Positions 15,439 to 25,144 of a stretch of 60,129 bases of DNA are shown one piece after another. The notes under the pieces were generated by a model. The model ran no database searches, had not been told where the DNA came from, and worked only from the letters and a program-made list of their open reading frames with translations. A program made the position numbers and the translations under genes. The stretch is from a virus (lineage: Duplodnaviria > Caudoviricetes). The stretch lies in the IMG/VR virus record IMGVR_UViG_3300011113_000688, positions 1 through 60,129 of that record. One strand, given 5' to 3'. Every line of letters starts with the position of its first letter. The stretch's first letter is position 1.

Positions 15439-15875
15439 AAATAGTCGTTGTCTCTGGTGGCTTTGACCCCATCCATTCGGGTCATCTTGCCTTATTGCGT
15501 GAAGCATCTGGTCTAGGTGACAAACTTATCGTAGGTGTAAACTCTGATGCGTGGCTCACACGTAAAAAAGGTAAGCCATTCATGGATATTCGTGAACGCA
15601 AAGCCATACTTGAATCAATTCGTTGGGTTGATGAGGTGTGGGAGTTTGATGATTCTGATGGTACTGCATGTGACTTGCTTGAACGTGTGAGGGACCATTA
15701 TTGTAATGTTTTACCTATGCTTTCAAACTATTCAATCTGGTTTGCAAATGGTGGTGATCGAAACGAAACAAACAATGCAGAATCTAGTGTGCCCAACATA
15801 AACTTTGTGTATGGTGTGGGTGGAAGTGATAAAAGGAATTCGTCATCATGGCTACTAAGGAAATGGCATGAGTGA
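15435..15875 (+). CDS. Cytidylyltransferase-like nucleotidyltransferase (TagD/RfaE-II family)
   Basis: SGGFDPIHSGH (HxGH), VGVNSD, NGGDR, SSS. Confidence 0.88.
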   Translation: MKIVVVSGGFDPIHSGHLALLREASGLGDKLIVGVNSDAWLTRKKGKPFMDIRERKAILESIRWVDEVWEFDDSDGTACDLLERVRDHYCNVLPMLSNYSIWFANGGDRNETNNAESSVPNINFVYGVGGSDKRNSSSWLLRKWHE

Positions 15876-16017
15876 CGGTGGAAAAGGATCAAAGCCTAGG
15901 CCAATTGAAGTGCCAAGAGAAAAGTTTGAACAAAATTGGAATGCAATTTTTGGTAAAAAGGTGAAAAATGAAAGTAGCAATCGTAACACCAACAATCGGA
16001 GCAACAACTCTCAGTGA
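15868..16017 (+). CDS. Small conserved phage peptide (MSDGGKGSKPRP...NWNAIF)
   Basis: Manual translation; recurrent motif. Confidence 0.55.
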   Translation: MSDGGKGSKPRPIEVPREKFEQNWNAIFGKKVKNESSNRNTNNRSNNSQ

Positions 16018-16720
16018 TTGTGTTCAATCTGTCGATGAACAAACATACGATGATTTGACACATTATCTTTTTCTTGACGGTAAAGAATATGAGAGTAAAA
16101 TCTGGCATCAACTTGAAGGTGCAACCAGAATCAAAACAATCCGTTTGGAAGAAAATGTCGGCAAAGGTTGGTATGGCCATCGTGTATATGCTGCATGTGG
16201 TTTTCTTGTCAATGCTGATGTTATCTGTTATCTTGACGAAGATAATTGGCTTGAGCCTAATCACGTTGAGAAACTTGTGGAGAGAATCAAAAAAGGTGTT
16301 GATTGGGCATACTCACTAAGAAAAGTCTTTGACAAAGAAGGTAACTTTGTTGCTGAAGATAACTGTGAGTCACTAGGTCAATGGCCAATCTACTTCAATA
16401 AAGATGCATTTCATATTGATACGTCATCATTCATGGTCAAAGCCGACATTGCACGTAAACTTGGTGCAGCATGGTATGGCCAATGGGGTGCAGATCGACA
16501 GTTTTTCAATGCACTTAAACAATATTTTCCAAACTATTCTTGCTCAAGAGAATATTCATTATGCTATCGTTTGGACGGTAACCCCAATTCTGTCACAGCC
16601 GATTTCTTCGAAAAAGGAAATGCAGAAAACGAAAAGAATTACCCGAATGGCTTTCCGTGGAAGCAGCAATTCAAAGAAGAGTATGTTGTTGGACCTGGCA
16701 TAACGATTGTGAGTGGCTGA
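15968..16720 (+). CDS. Glycosyltransferase, family 2
   Basis: IVTPT...SV..QTY...YLDEDN (DxD). Confidence 0.85.
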   Translation: MKVAIVTPTIGATTLSDCVQSVDEQTYDDLTHYLFLDGKEYESKIWHQLEGATRIKTIRLEENVGKGWYGHRVYAACGFLVNADVICYLDEDNWLEPNHVEKLVERIKKGVDWAYSLRKVFDKEGNFVAEDNCESLGQWPIYFNKDAFHIDTSSFMVKADIARKLGAAWYGQWGADRQFFNALKQYFPNYSCSREYSLCYRLDGNPNSVTADFFEKGNAENEKNYPNGFPWKQQFKEEYVVGPGITIVSG

Positions 16721-17211
16721 TGAACATTGAATATACTGACCTTGAAGGTGTAAAGCTTATCAAGCCAACGATATATGAAGATTTTCGTGGTACAAACTTT
16801 GAATCATACAATGCTTCAAACTATTACAAAATACCGAATCAATTTGTCGTAGATAGCATTTCTACTTCACGCCAACATGTGCTTCGTGGTATTCATGGTG
16901 ATAGCAAAACAACAAAACTGATTTCGTGTTTGTATGGTACAATTTACTTTGTTGTGTTGGACTGTAGACCAGATTCCGAAACTTATAATCAGTGGCAATC
17001 GTTTACACTATCTGATCAAAACAAACACCAAGTATTGGTGCCGCCAGGTTTTGGTAACGCCCATTTGGTAATGTCAGATCATTGTGTGTTTAGTTATAAA
17101 CTTGATCAATACTATGACCGTGAATCTCAATTTACTTTGAAGTGGAACGACGACCGTTTCAATATTTACTGGCCAATTAAAAACCCTATTCTTTCTGAAA
17201 GAGACAGATGA
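16720..17211 (+). CDS. rmlC: dTDP-4-dehydrorhamnose 3,5-epimerase
   Basis: D.RG.NFE, VLRGIH, VPPGFGNAH, W..PILSERD. Confidence 0.88.
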   Translation: MNIEYTDLEGVKLIKPTIYEDFRGTNFESYNASNYYKIPNQFVVDSISTSRQHVLRGIHGDSKTTKLISCLYGTIYFVVLDCRPDSETYNQWQSFTLSDQNKHQVLVPPGFGNAHLVMSDHCVFSYKLDQYYDRESQFTLKWNDDRFNIYWPIKNPILSERDR

Positions 17212-18170
17212 GAACAGCATTGGTAACTGGTGGTGCAGGTTATCTTGGAAGTCATTTAGCAAAAGCACTAAAGAAAGCAGGCTACACAACAATCTGCTTT
17301 GACATAAAATCACCACGCAACATGGTCTATTGGAATGTTGCTTTTATTGGTGATGTTCGTGAATCAACTTTAGAGCAACCATTCAAGCAACACAAAATTG
17401 ATGTAGTATTTCACTTGGCCGGTCGTATTGAAGTTGGTGAGTCGGTAGAGCATCCAGAATTATTCTGGAATGTCAATGTTGGCGGCACTACTAATCTATT
17501 ACAAATAATGAGGGAAAAAAATGTTAGGAACATTGTTTATTCTTCTACTGCCGGCGTTTATCGTTCTCAGTTTACCAGCCTCTCTGAGAAAGCGGAAATA
17601 GATAACAACAATCCATATGCCAACAGCAAGTATGCTGCTGAGTGTGCGATTCGTGATGCAAAAGTGAATTCAATCATTTTTCGTTTCTTCAATCTAGCGG
17701 GTGCTGATCCCGAAGGTGAGATGGGCGAAGATCATCATCCAGAAACGCATTTGATTCCGCTGATGTTCAAAAGTCTAAATAACGAAGAGTTCATCGTATA
17801 TGGAAACGATTATCAAACAGTAGATGGTACTTGCATTCGTGACTACGTACATGTGTGTGATGTTGCTGAAGCACATTTGCTGGCTGACGAATACTTACAG
17901 AAAAAAGGAAACAATCAACCTAGTCTATTCAATCTAGGAACTGGTAAAGGTTATACTGTACTACAAGTGATTGATGCTGCTAAACAGGAACTCGGCGTTC
18001 CAATTCAATACACAATCGGTAAACGAAGAGAGGGTGACCCACGAAGACTAGTCGCCAACTCCGATGCCGCCAAAGAATATCTAAATTTCAAACCCAAGCA
18101 CGACCTAAAATCTATTTTGAGAACGGCATATAATTGGTATGAGCGACAAAGAAAACGAAGTGCAATTTGA
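17208..18170 (+). CDS. galE: UDP-glucose 4-epimerase
   Basis: TGGAGYLGSH, YANSK, GEDHHPETHLIP, DGTCIRDYVHV. Confidence 0.9.
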   Translation: MRTALVTGGAGYLGSHLAKALKKAGYTTICFDIKSPRNMVYWNVAFIGDVRESTLEQPFKQHKIDVVFHLAGRIEVGESVEHPELFWNVNVGGTTNLLQIMREKNVRNIVYSSTAGVYRSQFTSLSEKAEIDNNNPYANSKYAAECAIRDAKVNSIIFRFFNLAGADPEGEMGEDHHPETHLIPLMFKSLNNEEFIVYGNDYQTVDGTCIRDYVHVCDVAEAHLLADEYLQKKGNNQPSLFNLGTGKGYTVLQVIDAAKQELGVPIQYTIGKRREGDPRRLVANSDAAKEYLNFKPKHDLKSILRTAYNWYERQRKRSAI

Positions 18171-18672
18171 ACAGTATGCCCACTTTTTGTCCGGCAGCAT
18201 TGAGCCAACAGTCATTGAGGCGGCATCACGTTGGTTGCTTTATGCCAAGTTCAACAAGATTGAGAAGCCACTGACACTACACATCAATTCAGAAGGCGGC
18301 AATCTTGGTGATGCAATTGGATTGACGGACTTGATGTTAGGTTTAGGTTTGCCTGTCCGTACACTTGCATACGGCAACTTGATGAGTGCTGCATTTGTGA
18401 TATTTGCTGCTGGTGAAAAAGGTTATCGTGCCGTAGGTAAAAACACGACGATCATGATTCATCAATTCAATGATGAAATGGGTGGTAAGTATCATGACAT
18501 GCGGGCTTATGCCAAAGAGTGTGATAGGTATCATGACAAGATGGCAAAGATTCTTTCCGACTGTTCTAAACTGTCGGTCAAAGATGTGAAATCAAAGTTT
18601 CTGCGACCAACTGATGTCTGGTTGTCGGCAGAAGATTTGGTAGAGTATGGCATTGCAGATATTATCTTTTAG
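18139..18672 (+). CDS. clpP: ClpP-family protease
   Basis: LHINSEGG, MSAA (Ser), MIHQ (His), D.WLSAEDLVEYGIAD. Confidence 0.85.
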   Translation: MSDKENEVQFEQYAHFLSGSIEPTVIEAASRWLLYAKFNKIEKPLTLHINSEGGNLGDAIGLTDLMLGLGLPVRTLAYGNLMSAAFVIFAAGEKGYRAVGKNTTIMIHQFNDEMGGKYHDMRAYAKECDRYHDKMAKILSDCSKLSVKDVKSKFLRPTDVWLSAEDLVEYGIADIIF

Positions 18673-18683
18673 GAGCAATAAAT

Positions 18684-18836
18684 ATGTTGTCTGGCGGTAA
18701 GAAATTTCAAAAGCCAAAGAAAACTAAATTCCATAAAAACCGTGAGCAGTACGAGAGTCAACAATTGAAGAATCAAAAGCATCATGACAAATCTCTGTAC
18801 CGCTTGCTCAAGCAGGAAAAAGATTATGTCGTATAA
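18684..18836 (+). CDS. Small basic hypothetical protein
   Basis: AGGAG SD; manual translation, 50 aa. Confidence 0.55.
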   Translation: MLSGGKKFQKPKKTKFHKNREQYESQQLKNQKHHDKSLYRLLKQEKDYVV

Positions 18837-18999
18837 AGAACAAATCAGAAAACGCATACGGGAACTTGAGGACAAGATTGCTGAGTCTAACGTTGACAAA
18901 GTTCAACTGGAAAGTCTGCGTTCAGAACTAGCACGACTGAATATGCAGGAATTTGAAGAAGACCTGCGTACTGAAGGACAGCAACTACTCAAAGGATAA
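18826..18999 (+). CDS. Small coiled-coil hypothetical protein
   Basis: MSYKEQIRK...QQLLKG. Confidence 0.6.
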   Translation: MSYKEQIRKRIRELEDKIAESNVDKVQLESLRSELARLNMQEFEEDLRTEGQQLLKG

Positions 19000-19003
19000 G
19001 TCA

Positions 19004-19039
19004 AGTCTTCTGTTCGTATAAATAAGCGAATAGGAGACT
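19004..19039 (+). promoter_or_regulatory. Late promoter TATAAATA in the loop of an SD-sequestering hairpin
   Basis: AGTCTTCTGTTCG / CGAATAGGAGACT, 13 bp; TATAAATA 19017-19024. Confidence 0.8.
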
Positions 19040-19042
19040 ACT

Positions 19043-19675
19043 ATGCCTTTAGACAAAATTACTGTTGACAGCATCTCTGCGAATGCTGTTACTAACGTCG
19101 GAATTGCCAACGGCACTATCGTCAGTGTTGACTTAGCCGATCAAGCCGTTATAGGCGCCAAACTAGGTCTTGGTGCTGTATCTGGTAATAACATATCAAC
19201 CAACTCTATTCGTGGCAATAACATTGTTGCTGGTCAGATTACTAGTAATGTTTTAGCCAGCAATCTCAGCATTTCTCTGACACGGGTTCTAGAAGAAGCA
19301 AATATCAATTCTATTGCTATTGGTGGTAATGTCAATATTGATGTTGCGAATAGCACCGTGTTTTTCTTCAATGCGAACACAACCGCAAATGTAACATTCA
19401 ATATCCGTGCAAACACACAGAACACATTTGATTCAGTAACAACAATTGGTGAAACAACTTCATTGGCAATTGCGGTCAAACACGGTACCGTACGTCACGA
19501 AGCAAATCTTGCAATTGATGGTGTAACCCAAACATTATACTATGCTGGAAACACACGACCAGCAAATGTGTCAATTTCAAGTGCAGAAATTAATCTGTTC
19601 AGTTATTCAATATTCAAGACAGCAGCAAATACATATACAGTGATTTCTGCAAATACACTTTTTGGTTTAGGATAA
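19043..19675 (+). CDS. Virion fibre-associated protein
   Basis: Late promoter; I..GAV.GNNI repeats; YSIFKTAANTYTV terminus. Confidence 0.65.
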   Translation: MPLDKITVDSISANAVTNVGIANGTIVSVDLADQAVIGAKLGLGAVSGNNISTNSIRGNNIVAGQITSNVLASNLSISLTRVLEEANINSIAIGGNVNIDVANSTVFFFNANTTANVTFNIRANTQNTFDSVTTIGETTSLAIAVKHGTVRHEANLAIDGVTQTLYYAGNTRPANVSISSAEINLFSYSIFKTAANTYTVISANTLFGLG

Positions 19676-19681
19676 AATTTT

Positions 19682-20530
19682 GTGCCAATGATTTCAACAT
19701 TCGCCTCTGGTTCAGCAAAAGGATTTGGACAATTTATTGCGGTAAGTGGTGGTCCAACAGGAAAATATACTGGATCAATCACATATTCTTTGGGAACGGG
19801 TGGTGGTGGAGGTGTTAATGCAAGTGGAGGTTCTACTGGAGGTAGTAGCACACTTTCTTATTCTGGAATAAGTCTTACTGCTGGTGGAGGCGGTGGAGGT
19901 TTTTACAATACTGGAGTAGCTTCCACCGGTGGAACCGCTACTGGAGGCATGGCAAATGCAACAGGTGGCACAGGAAATGGAGTCACAGGTGATGATGGTG
20001 GAGGTGGAGGTGGGGGACTAAATGGTAGTAATGCTGTAGTGAATCCTCTTAGCGCCAATCGTGGAGCTGATGGTGCAAGTGCATTTGATTTTCAAGGTTT
20101 ATCTTCTGCGTTGTCGGGTACGGGATTTGCATTGGGAACTGGAGGCGCTGGAGCTGATGATGGTAGCACACCCCCTAATGCTAAAAATGGTTCGCCCGGC
20201 ACAGGAGTTGGTTCTGGTGGTGGTGGAGCAGGATGGTATGGTGGTAATGGAGGCAACGGAAGTTTAGGTGGAGGTGGTGGTGGTGCAGCAGGTTTGAGTG
20301 CTTCACAAACAGGAGGTACAGGGGGTAATGGTGTACTCTTATTACAATTTAACAATACTACAAATGTACTTGTAACCAGCGGAACTTCTTACACAATTCC
20401 AGCACAAACAAATTTTATAAAAGCCTGGCTAATAGGTGCTGGTGGCGGTGGTGCTGGATCACCTAATAGTGATGGTACATCTGGTGGTGGTGGAGCTGCC
20501 GGTGGAATTGCATATTATGCTTGGACTTAA
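19682..20530 (+). CDS. Glycine-rich virion/fibre protein
   Basis: GGGGG repeats. Confidence 0.7.
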   Translation: MPMISTFASGSAKGFGQFIAVSGGPTGKYTGSITYSLGTGGGGGVNASGGSTGGSSTLSYSGISLTAGGGGGGFYNTGVASTGGTATGGMANATGGTGNGVTGDDGGGGGGGLNGSNAVVNPLSANRGADGASAFDFQGLSSALSGTGFALGTGGAGADDGSTPPNAKNGSPGTGVGSGGGGAGWYGGNGGNGSLGGGGGGAAGLSASQTGGTGGNGVLLLQFNNTTNVLVTSGTSYTIPAQTNFIKAWLIGAGGGGAGSPNSDGTSGGGGAAGGIAYYAWT

Positions 20531-20555
20531 ATAATATAAGATTAGGAAGAAAAAA

Positions 20556-21467
20556 ATGCCAATATTAGCGTCATTGGGTGCCGGAGCAATTGGTTCTTTT
20601 AGAACGTTTAGGGGTGCTGGTGCACCTCTTTATATGAATGTTTCCACAACTGGAGCTACTGTTACAACAGATGGTAACTATAAAGTTGCTGTGTTCAATG
20701 GTTCTGGCACATTTACAGTGGGTTCATTGGGAGTAGATTCGACTTATGGCGATAAAGTTTCATATGTTGTGGTAGCCGGTGGAGGAGGTGCTGCTGGATC
20801 ATCTCCCTCCGGCGGTGCCGGAGGTGGTGGCGGTGCTGGCGGTATGAAAACTGGAGGTACACCAACTATTCCTAACCTTGTTTTATCGGCTACCACTTAT
20901 ACTGTTACCGTGGGAGGCGGTGGCTCAGGTACTCCAGGTCAGGGAACAAGTTCTTCATTTGGACCTTTAGTCACAACTACTGGTGGTGGACGTGGTGCCG
21001 CCCGACTTAGTTGTGGTGGTGCCGGTGGCTCTGGTGGAGGCGGTGGTAACTTTGGTTCTGGTGGACCAGCTACACCAGGTGAAGGAAATATTGGCGGAAA
21101 CGGCAGTTCTAATTGTGGCTCTCAGTCTGGTGGTGGTGGTGGGGGCGCTGGTGCCGCTGGATCGAATGCTTTTAATATTAACATAGGTGGCGCAGGTGGA
21201 GCAGGTTTATCTTCTTCTTTAACAGGAACTCCTGTAACTTATGCTGGTGGAGGTGGTGGTGGTGGTTTTACACCTTGTGGCGGCGCCGGAGGCGCAGGTG
21301 GTGGCGGCACTGGTGCGTCTGCATTTAGTGGAGGTAGATTAGCAACTAACGGTCAGACCAATACAGGTGGCGGAGGAGGTGGTGTTTCACAGGGATGCAC
21401 TACTTCGCAACCCGCAGGAACAAGTGGTGGTTCAGGTATTGCTATTGTTAGATGGAGGTTTCAATAA
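20556..21467 (+). CDS. Glycine-rich virion/fibre protein
   Basis: YVVVAGGGG...TNTGGGGGG...GGSGIAIVR pattern. Confidence 0.75.
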   Translation: MPILASLGAGAIGSFRTFRGAGAPLYMNVSTTGATVTTDGNYKVAVFNGSGTFTVGSLGVDSTYGDKVSYVVVAGGGGAAGSSPSGGAGGGGGAGGMKTGGTPTIPNLVLSATTYTVTVGGGGSGTPGQGTSSSFGPLVTTTGGGRGAARLSCGGAGGSGGGGGNFGSGGPATPGEGNIGGNGSSNCGSQSGGGGGGAGAAGSNAFNINIGGAGGAGLSSSLTGTPVTYAGGGGGGGFTPCGGAGGAGGGGTGASAFSGGRLATNGQTNTGGGGGGVSQGCTTSQPAGTSGGSGIAIVRWRFQ

Positions 21468-21778
21468 TGGCACATTTTGCAGAACTAGATGAAAATAATG
21501 TGGTACTACGAGTTATTGTTGTGAGTAACGAAATGATGATAGAAAACGGACAAGAATCTGAAAGTAAGGGTATTACTTTCTGTAAACAATTATTTGGTAA
21601 AGACACTAATTGGATTCAAACAAGTTATAATAAAGGTTTCAGAAAAAACTATGCCGGTATAGGGTTTATATACGACATAAACAGAGATGCTTTTATTCCA
21701 CCAAAACCTGAAGGTGAAGGATGGATATTAGACGAAGAGTCTTTTACCTGGCAACAAGAAGTTTCAAATAACGAATAA
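21467..21778 (+). CDS. Fibre-associated conserved protein (MAHFAELDENN...WIQTSYN...FRKNYAGIG)
   Basis: Family typically follows glycine-rich genes. Confidence 0.75.
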   Translation: MAHFAELDENNVVLRVIVVSNEMMIENGQESESKGITFCKQLFGKDTNWIQTSYNKGFRKNYAGIGFIYDINRDAFIPPKPEGEGWILDEESFTWQQEVSNNE

Positions 21779-21787
21779 ACAAAATAC

Positions 21788-21816
21788 TTGACTTTTCATT
21801 CAAAGAAAGATATAAT
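21788..21816 (+). promoter_or_regulatory. sigma70-type promoter TTGACT-N17-TATAAT
   Basis: ATG follows 5 nt after the -10, likely leaderless. Confidence 0.75.
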
Positions 21817-21821
21817 ACATT

Positions 21822-22457
21822 ATGCTAAACACCGCTTATCATTTTGCTTGTCCAATTTATTATGCCGATCATCCAGAGTTTCTGAAATCGGTGATACAAG
21901 TTTCTGAAGAAGAACTGGCGAAAGTACACAAAGAAAAAAAAGTTGATGACATTTACCCTGTGATGATGACAGGTAATTATTATGAAGACCCAAGAATTGA
22001 AGATTTTGTACAGTTTGTCGGTCGAACATCTTGGGACATATTAGACAGCCAAGGTTATAACATGCAAAATCTTGATGTCATGTTTAATGAGATGTGGACA
22101 CAAGAGCATTATAAACATTCATTGATGGAACAACATGTTCATGGTTACGGTTCTCAAATTATTGGGTTTTATTTTTTAAAAGTTCCAGACAACTCTTCAA
22201 GAGTAGTATTTCATGACCCAAGACCTGGTAAAGTTCAACTTGATCTTTACGAAAAAGATACATCAATGGCTACGATTGCTAGTCAGATGATTAACTTTGA
22301 ACCCAAGCCTGGTCTTTTGATTCTTACGAATTCTTGGTTGTCTCACTCATTTACCCGACACGCATCAAATCAACCAATAAAGTTTGTTCACTTTAATTTG
22401 ACCGTAGTACAAGCACAGACAAACTTTGCAATGAAACCAGCAGATGACATCATATGA
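21822..22457 (+). CDS. 2OG-Fe(II) oxygenase (TIGR02466-like)
   Basis: HVH...FHDPR...SWLSH motifs. Confidence 0.8.
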   Translation: MLNTAYHFACPIYYADHPEFLKSVIQVSEEELAKVHKEKKVDDIYPVMMTGNYYEDPRIEDFVQFVGRTSWDILDSQGYNMQNLDVMFNEMWTQEHYKHSLMEQHVHGYGSQIIGFYFLKVPDNSSRVVFHDPRPGKVQLDLYEKDTSMATIASQMINFEPKPGLLILTNSWLSHSFTRHASNQPIKFVHFNLTVVQAQTNFAMKPADDII

Positions 22458-22696
22458 ACAAATACCGAATTCGTTTCAATAAAAGCAGAGGTCAGCCAGG
22501 TCGTGGCACCGTAGATCATGTGTGGCGTGTATTTGAGGGTGACAAAGAATACTTGTTCAAACATCTGAACATTACCGTTCCAGTTAAAAGTGAAAAAGAA
22601 GAACAGTCGGAAGATTGGAATATTGTGTGTAACGGTTACTTGACAATTGACCGACAAAACTCAATTGCCAATATTACAGAAAAAGCAACAAATTAG
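22454..22696 (+). CDS. Conserved hypothetical protein
   Basis: IRFNKSRGQPGRG...HVWRVFE; ATGA coupling. Confidence 0.7.
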   Translation: MNKYRIRFNKSRGQPGRGTVDHVWRVFEGDKEYLFKHLNITVPVKSEKEEQSEDWNIVCNGYLTIDRQNSIANITEKATN

Positions 22697-22717
22697 TGTT
22701 GTAAAAATACAACATAC

Positions 22718-22746
22718 TTGACAAAGGCAGTCACCCATAGTATAAT
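22718..22746 (+). promoter_or_regulatory. sigma70-type promoter TTGACA-N17-TATAAT
   Basis: Perfect consensus. Confidence 0.88.
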
Positions 22747-22755
22747 GTATATACT

Positions 22756-23112
22756 ATGAAAAATCTGCCTTCTGTTGGTTCCACAGTCACCGTAGACTGT
22801 CGCTATATTACTAAAACGACAACATTTACTGGTGTCGTTATCAAACCTCATCGTTGGCTAGATGCTAACGAATTCTGTTTACAAACTGGTAACAAAGAAT
22901 TTCCAATATCTGTTATCAATCTAGCAAATGTTGTCAATCTGAAAATACTTAAAGGTTCAACAACAAATATACGTAAGTTCAAAGTTGCCGGCTCAAAAGG
23001 TGAGTATTTGGTAACATTATCAAATGAGCATTTTTCTTGCTCTTGTATTGGTTTCAAATATCACAACAAATGTAAGCATATCACTAAGGTAAAAGAAAAG
23101 ATTACCTCTTGA
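22756..23112 (+). CDS. SWIM zinc-finger protein
   Basis: GSKGEYLV...CSCIGF...CKH. Confidence 0.78.
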   Translation: MKNLPSVGSTVTVDCRYITKTTTFTGVVIKPHRWLDANEFCLQTGNKEFPISVINLANVVNLKILKGSTTNIRKFKVAGSKGEYLVTLSNEHFSCSCIGFKYHNKCKHITKVKEKITS

Positions 23113-23137
23113 CAAGTGGCTCAACCCTTGATACAAT
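23109..23137 (+). promoter_or_regulatory. sigma70-type promoter TTGACA-N17-TACAAT
   Basis: Near-consensus with TG extension. Confidence 0.8.
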
Positions 23138-23146
23138 GGTATTGTT

Positions 23147-23539
23147 ATGATGATCAGAATATATTCCAGTTCGAAGAAAAAGAAGTTGACGAAGAAGCAA
23201 TTGCAAGAACAGCAAGACTTCATTTCGTCAATCAACAAGATTCCGCTGCCGTCTGGTGGTCGGTTTCCTGCTGCTGCGCCCAAGAAAGCAAAAGACAAGC
23301 CGCTGATGCCATATCGTGTTAAACGTGAGGTATCACATGCGCCAAGTCTTCCAGACACACACTTAGGTGCTTTGACTAAGACTGGTATCATGAAAGACTA
23401 TCACAAACTCTCATCTTCTGACCGTGAGATTGTGGCAGATGTTGCATCCTGTACGGCCCCGATGCACAAGGGTAATTATGTCTACGTTACTCCTGGTATC
23501 AATCCGGCAGGCTTAGGTCGGAAAAACGAGGTATTGTAA
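23147..23539 (+). CDS. Basic hypothetical protein
   Basis: APMHKGNYVYV motif typical of T4-like phages. Confidence 0.7.
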   Translation: MMIRIYSSSKKKKLTKKQLQEQQDFISSINKIPLPSGGRFPAAAPKKAKDKPLMPYRVKREVSHAPSLPDTHLGALTKTGIMKDYHKLSSSDREIVADVASCTAPMHKGNYVYVTPGINPAGLGRKNEVL

Positions 23540-23542
23540 TGC

Positions 23543-23571
23543 TTGACAATTTGTTCAATCTTTGCTATACT
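23543..23571 (+). promoter_or_regulatory. sigma70-type promoter TTGACA-N17-TATACT
   Basis: Consensus with TG extension. Confidence 0.85.
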
Positions 23572-23605
23572 ATCATTTCTACTGTTGATAATGGAGGTCT
23601 TTATT

Positions 23606-24004
23606 ATGGCTCGAATTAAATCTGGCAAACCTATTCGTAAAGAACGTCTTTTGCAAGTGCTTGCGAATGGTGGTTTGATTACTAAACGTCAAATTGAATT
23701 GACAATGCAGTATCAGGCAATGTATCGCATTCCAACTGAGTTGTGGAAACTCAAAAAAATGGGTGCGATTGTAAAGTCACACAAAGATGGTCGCACAGTT
23801 GTCGGCTATGAATTACTCAATGTCGATGAGATGAAAAAACTGTTGGCGCAGTCTGGCTTTGATGTTTTGCCTTTGGTTTCAGATGACGATGATGTTAAGA
23901 CTCTTTCTGATTTGAATGCAAAGCCCGCTAAGGCTAAAGCAACAAAACCTGCAAAGGTTGTTGCACCTGTGATTGAGGATGAAGTAACCGAAATCACCGA
24001 ATAA
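23606..24004 (+). CDS. Putative winged-helix DNA-binding protein
   Basis: GGAGG SD before ATG23606; LLQVL..G..IT..QI...LW.LKK.GA.V pattern. Confidence 0.6.
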   Translation: MARIKSGKPIRKERLLQVLANGGLITKRQIELTMQYQAMYRIPTELWKLKKMGAIVKSHKDGRTVVGYELLNVDEMKKLLAQSGFDVLPLVSDDDDVKTLSDLNAKPAKAKATKPAKVVAPVIEDEVTEITE

Positions 24005-24106
24005 TCAGTTTCGGGGTGGTAGCCGTCAGCGGTGCAATAGGCTCATCATTAAACAACAATGAATGTCGGGATGACATCCATGTGCCCCTTCTTTTATGAG
24101 GTGAAA

Positions 24107-24343
24107 ATGTCGAAGTTCAAAGCATGGCTTGTTGACAAGTATTTACAACTTGAAAATCAAGCCATTCAAGCAATTACTACAGCAAATTTTTATGGTAACC
24201 TGTTCACTGAACGCCAAAAGTTTTATATCATTGCCACGTTCATGGCTCTTCTGGCTATGGCTGGCGCACCTGGTGCCGTTCAGTTTATTGGTTTAGTTTA
24301 TATCATGGGTAAAATGACACCGGAGGACAAAGATGAAAACTAA
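24107..24343 (+). CDS. Small membrane protein
   Basis: GAGGTG SD before ATG24107; hydrophobic C-terminal half. Confidence 0.6.
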   Translation: MSKFKAWLVDKYLQLENQAIQAITTANFYGNLFTERQKFYIIATFMALLAMAGAPGAVQFIGLVYIMGKMTPEDKDEN

Positions 24344-24602
24344 GTTGATTTTTCTTGTGCCGCTGTTACTATTGACGGCGTGTAACACAATTACTAAAGA
24401 TCCTGTACACAATCCACAGGGTCTAAACAATGAAGATTTGATCAAAACGCAAATCGCAAAGATTGAAGCGATACAGCGTGAAAATGATCGTCGTGAACAA
24501 GAATTGAAAATGCAACATCTAAAAGAGTTGCATCAAGTTCAGATACAAAGTAAATCTTCACCACAAACTGTGAACACAAACTGCCGTTTTCTTTGTTTCT
24601 AA
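24333..24602 (+). CDS. Putative lipoprotein
   Basis: Signal peptide with lipobox LTAC. Confidence 0.7.
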   Translation: MKTKLIFLVPLLLLTACNTITKDPVHNPQGLNNEDLIKTQIAKIEAIQRENDRREQELKMQHLKELHQVQIQSKSSPQTVNTNCRFLCF

Positions 24603-25144
24603 TGAACATCTTTTATCTAGATTCTGATCCAAAAATTTGTGCTGAACACCACTGTGATAAACACGTGGTAAAAATGATCATTGAGTATGGGCAACTTATG
24701 TCAACAGCACACCGTGTGCTTGACGGTAAAGAATACATTGATTTGACAGCGAACAACCGTAAAATCAAACGTTGGCTTTTACCGGACAGTCGTGAAGACA
24801 TTCTAATGAAGGCTTCACACATTAATCATCCATCGGGTGTTTGGACCAGACAAAGTGACAGTAACTATACATGGTTGTGTCAGATGTGGTATGCTTTGTG
24901 TAAAGAATATACATATCGCTATGATAAAATACATTCAGTCGAAACACGGCTAGTGGACACAATATTCAGATTGCCAAACAACATAAGTGAAGGTGTGTTT
25001 ACTGAACCAACACCAGCCATGCCTGATGATTGTAAAATAGTGAATGACTCACTTGCTTCATATCATAAATACTACAATGAAAAGAAAACTCGTTTTGCAC
25101 ATTGGACAAAACGTGCAACACCCAATTGGTATGTACCCGTATAA
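24602..25144 (+). CDS. Pyrimidine-dimer DNA glycosylase (DenV)-like protein
   Basis: MNIFYLD...HCDKHVVKM..E..Q..STAH...HINHP. Confidence 0.75.
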   Translation: MNIFYLDSDPKICAEHHCDKHVVKMIIEYGQLMSTAHRVLDGKEYIDLTANNRKIKRWLLPDSREDILMKASHINHPSGVWTRQSDSNYTWLCQMWYALCKEYTYRYDKIHSVETRLVDTIFRLPNNISEGVFTEPTPAMPDDCKIVNDSLASYHKYYNEKKTRFAHWTKRATPNWYVPV

